Shown in pieces: positions 27,321 to 32,570 of a DNA stretch of 32,570 bases. The stretch is from a candidate division FCPU426 bacterium (GTDB taxonomy: Bacteria > Oederibacteriota > Muellerivitia > Muellerivitales > Muellerivitaceae), in contig CAWHOE010000043.1 of the NCBI GenBank assembly GCA_963830915.1, positions 1-32,570 on the forward strand. Direction: 5' to 3'. The notes beneath the pieces were generated by a model. The model was not told where the DNA came from and made no database searches. It worked only from the letters and a program-made list of their open reading frames with translations. Made by a program: the position numbers and the translations under genes. Position 1 is the stretch's first letter. Every line of letters begins with the position of its first letter.

Positions 27321-30287
27321 ATGTTCCGCATCTTCCTGGCACTGGCAACCGTTTCCGTGGCCCTGGCGAGTAGCCCCGACAAGGTAGTCCCCGCGATCAA
27401 CGACATTGAATCCTGGCAACAGGTGGGACAACAACCGTATGAGATGACGTGGGCCGAGCGCGCTGAGAATCCGCACACGCTGGTCGATTTCGAGGACCTG
27501 AGCGGCTGGAAGCTGGAACTGTATGGCGGCGCGGCGGGTGAATTCCGGCGCAGCCGGGAGCAGCAGATGTGGGGCCACTCCGTGGGGAAGTTCGTCTTCT
27601 CCGGACCGACCACGGAAAGCCGCGTCGTGGCGCGGCCGCCGCAGCCGATTCCGATTCCCGGCGAGTTCGACTCGGTGGAGCTGTGGGGCTACGGGAACCG
27701 GTGGGGCTGGGAAGAGGACAAAACGACGCCGGCGGCGGACGTCGCGGTGCTGTTGACGGACGCGCGCGGCAAGGAGTTTCGCATCCCGCTGACGGACATC
27801 CGCTGGAAGCAGTGGTGGCTGATCCACCGGCGGGTCAGCGCCGAGATGCTGAAGGAGATGACGGCGCCGGTGGCGATTTCGGGCATTGAAATCTCGAAGA
27901 TCGGCAACACGGAGCCGCGCTACTTCTTCTGCGACTCGCTGGCGATTTATCGCGAGGAGTTCCAGCCGCTGCACTTTGCCGAGCAGCCGAAGCGCAATCT
28001 CAAGCCCTGGCGCGGGCAGATCGCCGGGCTCAACACCGGGACAGGCAGGCTGCCGTTCCCGACGCGCGAGGAGACGATTCTGCCGCGCAATCAGGAACGC
28101 GAATTCAAGGCGAGCGTCGTCCAGAGCGGGCCGCAGAAGTTCAAACTGCGCTATGCCGGCCGCGATGCGACGATCGTCTATGAATACCGGCCGGCGGCGG
28201 GGAGTCTGGGCGAGATCACGGCCAGTGTGAACGGCGGTCCGGCGTTCCGGCCGCTGGAGGGCGGCGGCGTCCGGTTCGAGGATACGGCCCAGGCCAGCGT
28301 GGCTGAGGGCTCGCTGATGACGGCGAAGCTGGATGGGGACGTGGTGCGGGCCACGTTCAAGTATGGGACGCGGCAGGTGGAGTACGAACTGCGGTTGTGG
28401 CAAAAGTCGCTGGTGCTCGACGCGCGCGCAGAGGGCGGCGAGGTGACGGAGCTTTCGTTTGGACGCGTGGCTGGGGTCACGCGACCGAAACTGATCACGG
28501 TGCCGTACATCACCTACGGCGGCACGAACCCGCGGGTCCTGATGTCGGGGCCGGCGGCGAAGCCGATGTTCACTTCGGTGTGGTGGGACTGGTACCGGAC
28601 CAACGCGTCGGCGCCGTACGCGGCCAAAGAGCCGCAGGTGAGCGACGACGGCGCGCCGGTGAACGGCGGATTGAAGTACACGCCCAAGACCGACGGCCGG
28701 CGCAACCCGATGTACGAACGCATTTTCGTTACGACGTCTCCGGTCTACGAGGAAACTTTGCCCACGATCCCGAATCCGCCATCCCTGCGGCAGGCGGAGG
28801 GCAAAGCGGTCGTGTGGACCGTGGCCGGCGACATTGAGACCTTCCAGAGGGACCATGCCCGCAGCCGCGCCATTCGCGCCTACGGACTGGATCACATCAT
28901 GCAACACAGCCATGAGATTACGTGGCGCGACGAAGGCGACAGCTTCACGCTGCGACTGCGGCCCTCGCCGCAGAAAGGCGGCGAGGCGGGCCTGAAATGG
29001 TACATGGCGGCGCAGCTAGGGCTGGGGTGGCTGCAAGGCGTGTACAGCAACTACACCGACATCGGGACGACGAACACCAACTTCAGCGGCGACGCGGTGC
29101 AGCGCGAGCCGAATGGGGAATGGCGGCGCGCCTGGATGCGGTGCTATGCGATCAAGCCGTCCAAGGCGGTGGAGTTTGACGAATACTACGCGCAACGGAT
29201 CGAGAAAATGTACGGCGTGAAGATGTCGTATACGGACGTCCATACGGCCAACCCGCAATGGGAGTACAACGATTTCGATGCGCGCGTGCCGGGCGCGGGA
29301 ACGATGGCGGCGACGTTTTACGCCTATGGGCAACTGCTGCTGAACGACCAGCGCGTCTATGGCCCGACGCAATCGGAAGGAACCTACCAGTGGATGTACG
29401 CGGGCCTGGAGTCGGGCAGCTACGGGTGGGTTTACACGGACATGAATCTGCTCACGCACCCGCTCGACGTGGCATTCCATCTGAACGAGATCCATCCGCT
29501 GCAGTGCGACTACGGCATGGGAGACACGTCGTTCAGCCTGAGCAAAATGGAGCCGGGCTGGATGAAATCGCCGAAGCGCCGGGAGTACGTGGACCTGTTC
29601 CTGGCGACGACCATCGGTTACGGCAACATGGGCTGGCTGGTGAGCGAATTCCCCGACGAGCCGTTCCACGCGGAGGCGATGGCGCGCTCGTATTACATGC
29701 TGCAACAACTGCAGCAGCAATATGCGTTCGTGCGTCCGGTCCAGAATCGAGTACGCGGACCAGGAAGGGAAGATGCTCACGCCGAGCGCAGCGCAAGCGA
29801 CGGGCGCGATCGAGGGTCGCGGCTGCACGTGATTTACGAAAACGGCACGGAGGTGTACGTGAACCGTGGGGATGGAGGCGCGTGGACGGTGAAGAACGGG
29901 CGCGGCCAAGCGCTCGAACTGCCCGCGGCAGGCTGGCTGGCATTCAACCCGCGCAATGGCCTGTATGAACTCTCGGCCAATGTGGGAGGGCGCCGGCTGG
30001 ATTATGTCACGGCGCCGGAGTACGAGTTCCTGGACGGGCGCGGGCAGTGGACGCAGCGCGGCAATGTGGGCGCGACGGGCAGCGTGGCGCTGCGGCATGA
30101 CGGGCGGGCGCTGGAACTGATCGACGTCTATGGGAACGACCGCATCGCGTTCCGCGCGGAACACGCAGGTGCGCTGACGGCCCGCGATGCCGATGGCAAA
30201 ACGCTGGGTCCAGTCGCAGTCAAGGCCACCGCAGGCTGGTACGAGTTCCGGCCAATCGCGGGCGCGCGCAGTTATCGATTCGAGTAG
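27321..30287 (+). CDS. Large secreted hypothetical protein, possibly with a glycoside-hydrolase-like TIM barrel
   Basis: GGAG SD; signal peptide; 988 aa with GC-biased third positions; YSNYTD, YTDVHT and QSEG motifs. A short stretch at ~29,742-29,815 appears out of frame. Confidence 0.75.
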   Translation: MFRIFLALATVSVALASSPDKVVPAINDIESWQQVGQQPYEMTWAERAENPHTLVDFEDLSGWKLELYGGAAGEFRRSREQQMWGHSVGKFVFSGPTTESRVVARPPQPIPIPGEFDSVELWGYGNRWGWEEDKTTPAADVAVLLTDARGKEFRIPLTDIRWKQWWLIHRRVSAEMLKEMTAPVAISGIEISKIGNTEPRYFFCDSLAIYREEFQPLHFAEQPKRNLKPWRGQIAGLNTGTGRLPFPTREETILPRNQEREFKASVVQSGPQKFKLRYAGRDATIVYEYRPAAGSLGEITASVNGGPAFRPLEGGGVRFEDTAQASVAEGSLMTAKLDGDVVRATFKYGTRQVEYELRLWQKSLVLDARAEGGEVTELSFGRVAGVTRPKLITVPYITYGGTNPRVLMSGPAAKPMFTSVWWDWYRTNASAPYAAKEPQVSDDGAPVNGGLKYTPKTDGRRNPMYERIFVTTSPVYEETLPTIPNPPSLRQAEGKAVVWTVAGDIETFQRDHARSRAIRAYGLDHIMQHSHEITWRDEGDSFTLRLRPSPQKGGEAGLKWYMAAQLGLGWLQGVYSNYTDIGTTNTNFSGDAVQREPNGEWRRAWMRCYAIKPSKAVEFDEYYAQRIEKMYGVKMSYTDVHTANPQWEYNDFDARVPGAGTMAATFYAYGQLLLNDQRVYGPTQSEGTYQWMYAGLESGSYGWVYTDMNLLTHPLDVAFHLNEIHPLQCDYGMGDTSFSLSKMEPGWMKSPKRREYVDLFLATTIGYGNMGWLVSEFPDEPFHAEAMARSYYMLQQLQQQYAFVRPVQNRVRGPGREDAHAERSASDGRDRGSRLHVIYENGTEVYVNRGDGGAWTVKNGRGQALELPAAGWLAFNPRNGLYELSANVGGRRLDYVTAPEYEFLDGRGQWTQRGNVGATGSVALRHDGRALELIDVYGNDRIAFRAEHAGALTARDADGKTLGPVAVKATAGWYEFRPIAGARSYRFE

Positions 30288-30416
30288 CGTCGGGGCCAGC
30301 GGGCGCGGCTATTGCACGGAGCGAATGGATGCAGCGACGTGTATCGGTTGTGCCGTGTTCCGACCCTGGCCGGACCGGATGAGACGCCGTATACTACGAC
30401 TCAAGGGACACCAAAA

Positions 30417-32570
30417 ATGGAACATCTGGCTAAAGCTCTTGTCTTACTTCTGGGCCTGGCGCTGGCGTCGGGATTGCGCGCGGAACTTCCACCGTTGATC
30501 GATCGTGAGCTGTTCTTCGGCGACCCGGAGATCTCCGGCGCGCAACTTTCGCCCGACGGCAAGTTCATGACGTTTTTGAAGCCGTGGAGGGCACCCGAAA
30601 CATCTGGGTCAAACGGACCGGGGAACCTTTCCGCGGCGGCCAAGCCGATCACCAACGACAAAAAGCGGCCGATTCCGGCCTACTTCTGGAGCCGCGACAG
30701 CAAGTACGTGCTGTACGTGCAGGACCAACTGGGCGACGAAAACTACAACGTCTACGCGGTGAACCCGGCGGATGCGCCGGCCGCGGGCTCGCCCGTGCCG
30801 AAGGCGCGCAACATCACCGCGGCCAAAGGCGTGCGGGCAGAGATATTCGCGGTGCCGGAGAGCGACCCTGACGTCCTCTATGTCGGGCTGAACGATCGCG
30901 ACAAAGCGTGGCACGACCTGTACAAGGTGAAGATCTCCACGGGCGAAAAGACGTTGGTGCGCACGAACACGGATCGCATCAGCGGCTGGATCTTCGACAA
31001 CAAAGACAACCTGCGGCTGGCGTTGCGATCGCCCGAAAACGGCGACACCGAGATTCTGCGGGCGGATGCCGACGGGTTCAAGAAGATCTACTCGTGCGGA
31101 GTGTTCGAGATTTGCCAGCCGTTCCAGTTCGAGCCGGGCGACAAGCAGGTTTACCTGATGACCAACAAGGGTGACGACGTGGACCTGGCGGCGCTGGAGC
31201 TGCTGGACCCCGCGACGGGCAACGCCACGCTGGTCGAGAGCGACCCGCTGAAGCGCGTGGACCTGGGCAACGCCGTGTTCTCCGAGCGCACGCATGAACT
31301 TCTGGCGACGGTCTACACCGACGAAAAAGAGCGCATTTATTGGAAGAACAAGGCGTGGGCAGCGGACTACCGACTGCTGCAATCGAAGCTGCCGGGCATG
31401 CAGGTCGAGTTCGGCTCGGGAACCAAGGATGAGTCGCTGTTCCTGGTGTCGGCGAGCAGCGACACGGAGCCGGGCGGGACGTACCTGTTCGACCGCAAAA
31501 CGAAAAAGCTGACGCTCGAGTACCGCGTCCGCGAAAAGATCGACCGCGGCGCGCTGGCGCAGATGCGGCCGGTCACGTTCAAATCGTCGGACGGGCTTGA
31601 AATCCCGGCGTACCTGACATTGCCCAAGGGCATGCCGGAGAAGAAGCTGCCGTTGGTCGTGTTTCCGCACGGCGGCCCGTGGGGCCGCGACACGTGGGGC
31701 TATCGCGGGCTGACGCAGTTTCTGGCCAACCGCGGATACGCCGTGCTGCAGATGAACTTCCGCGGCTCGACGGGCTACGGCAAGAAGTTCCTGAACGCGG
31801 GCAATCTGGAGTGGGGCCAGAAGATGCAGGACGACATCACGTGGGGCGTGAAATACCTGGTGGCGGAGGGCATCGCGGACCCGAAGCGCGTGGGCATTAT
31901 GGGCGGCAGCTACGGCGGCTACGCGACGCTGGCCGGGGTAGCTTTCACGCCGGACCTGTATGCCGCGGCCGTCTCCATCGTCGGGCCTTCCAATCTGATC
32001 ACGCTGCTGGATTCGATCCCGGCGTATTGGGAAGCGGGCCGCATGATGTTTTACAAGCGGATGGGCGACCCGCGCACGAGCGAGGGCAAGGCGCAGCTCG
32101 AACGCCAGTCGCCGCTGAACTCGGCGAACAAGATCAAGACTCCGCTGCTGGTGGCCCAGGGCGCCAACGACCCGCGTGTCAACAAGGCCGAATCGGACCG
32201 GATCGTCATCGCGCTGCGTGATCGAGGATTCCCGGTGGCGTATATCGTGGCACCGGACGAGGGCCACGGCTTCGCGCGCCCGGTGAATAACCTGGCGCTG
32301 TTCGCGGAGGCGGAGAAGTTCCTGGCCCAGTACCTCGACGGCCGTTACCAGGAGGCGATGACGCCGGAGGTGGCGGCGCGGCTGAAGGAGATCACGGTCG
32401 ATCCGAAGAGCGTGACGCTGGCCAAAAAGATCGACGCGCAGTCGGTGGGCGTTCCCAAGCCCGTGGCGGAGCTCAAGCCGGGGGTGCTGAAGTTCAAAAT
32501 GGCGATCCAGATGGGCGCTCAGACGATGAACATGGAGATGACCACCGAGATCAAAGAGGACGGCGACCTG
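30417..32570 (+). CDS. S9-family serine peptidase (prolyl oligopeptidase / acylaminoacyl peptidase-like); runs off the window end
   Basis: Absent from the ORF track because no stop falls inside the window. MEHLAKALVLLLGLALASGLRA signal; PLIDRELFFGDPEISGAQLSPDGK; PHGGPWGRD, NFRGSTGYG, nucleophile MGGSYGGY (ATG 31899, in frame), QGANDPRV and DEGHGF. Confidence 0.95.
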   Translation, partial: MEHLAKALVLLLGLALASGLRAELPPLIDRELFFGDPEISGAQLSPDGKFMTFLKPWRAPETSGSNGPGNLSAAAKPITNDKKRPIPAYFWSRDSKYVLYVQDQLGDENYNVYAVNPADAPAAGSPVPKARNITAAKGVRAEIFAVPESDPDVLYVGLNDRDKAWHDLYKVKISTGEKTLVRTNTDRISGWIFDNKDNLRLALRSPENGDTEILRADADGFKKIYSCGVFEICQPFQFEPGDKQVYLMTNKGDDVDLAALELLDPATGNATLVESDPLKRVDLGNAVFSERTHELLATVYTDEKERIYWKNKAWAADYRLLQSKLPGMQVEFGSGTKDESLFLVSASSDTEPGGTYLFDRKTKKLTLEYRVREKIDRGALAQMRPVTFKSSDGLEIPAYLTLPKGMPEKKLPLVVFPHGGPWGRDTWGYRGLTQFLANRGYAVLQMNFRGSTGYGKKFLNAGNLEWGQKMQDDITWGVKYLVAEGIADPKRVGIMGGSYGGYATLAGVAFTPDLYAAAVSIVGPSNLITLLDSIPAYWEAGRMMFYKRMGDPRTSEGKAQLERQSPLNSANKIKTPLLVAQGANDPRVNKAESDRIVIALRDRGFPVAYIVAPDEGHGFARPVNNLALFAEAEKFLAQYLDGRYQEAMTPEVAARLKEITVDPKSVTLAKKIDAQSVGVPKPVAELKPGVLKFKMAIQMGAQTMNMEMTTEIKEDGDL

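Noticed and set aside
19624..32267. Long antisense ORFs (19624-21189, 27246-28913, 29016-30164, 30609-32267)
   Set aside because: They are stop-poor reverse frames of high-GC genes that have clear motifs on the + strand.
1..32570. tRNA, rRNA, transposase, integrase, reverse transcriptase or phage genes
   Set aside because: None recognised by eye; a covariance-model or HMM scan would be needed to exclude small or divergent ones.

Overview
The window reads as two unrelated segments joined near 23,410. LEFT (1-~23,410, moderate GC) is a Gram-negative cell-envelope region. It holds four lipoproteins (three with long Thr/Pro-rich linkers; NHL or other beta-propeller and small Ig-like domains), a TPR plus beta-barrel protein, a flavodoxin-fold NAD(P)H oxidoreductase, a secreted GH5 with a long Thr linker and a T9SS-like C-terminal domain next to a PocR-AraC regulator, and an AT-rich serpin / coiled-coil / FadL-PorV-like barrel cluster. 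These are followed by an unusual ParB-like protein with N-terminal transmembrane segments, about 800 bp made of three back-to-back non-coding repeat arrays (two phased at 21-22 bp), and dnaE. RIGHT (~23,410-end, high GC) begins abruptly inside an MCP signalling domain and continues with cheY-cheB-cheR-cheX, a large secreted glycoside-hydrolase-like protein and an S9 peptidase, many carrying indels that look like sequencing errors. The best candidate for an undescribed system is the membrane-anchored ParB-like gene together with the adjacent helically phased arrays upstream of dnaE. The junction is most likely an assembly chimera. All family calls come from motif recognition by eye; no searches were run.
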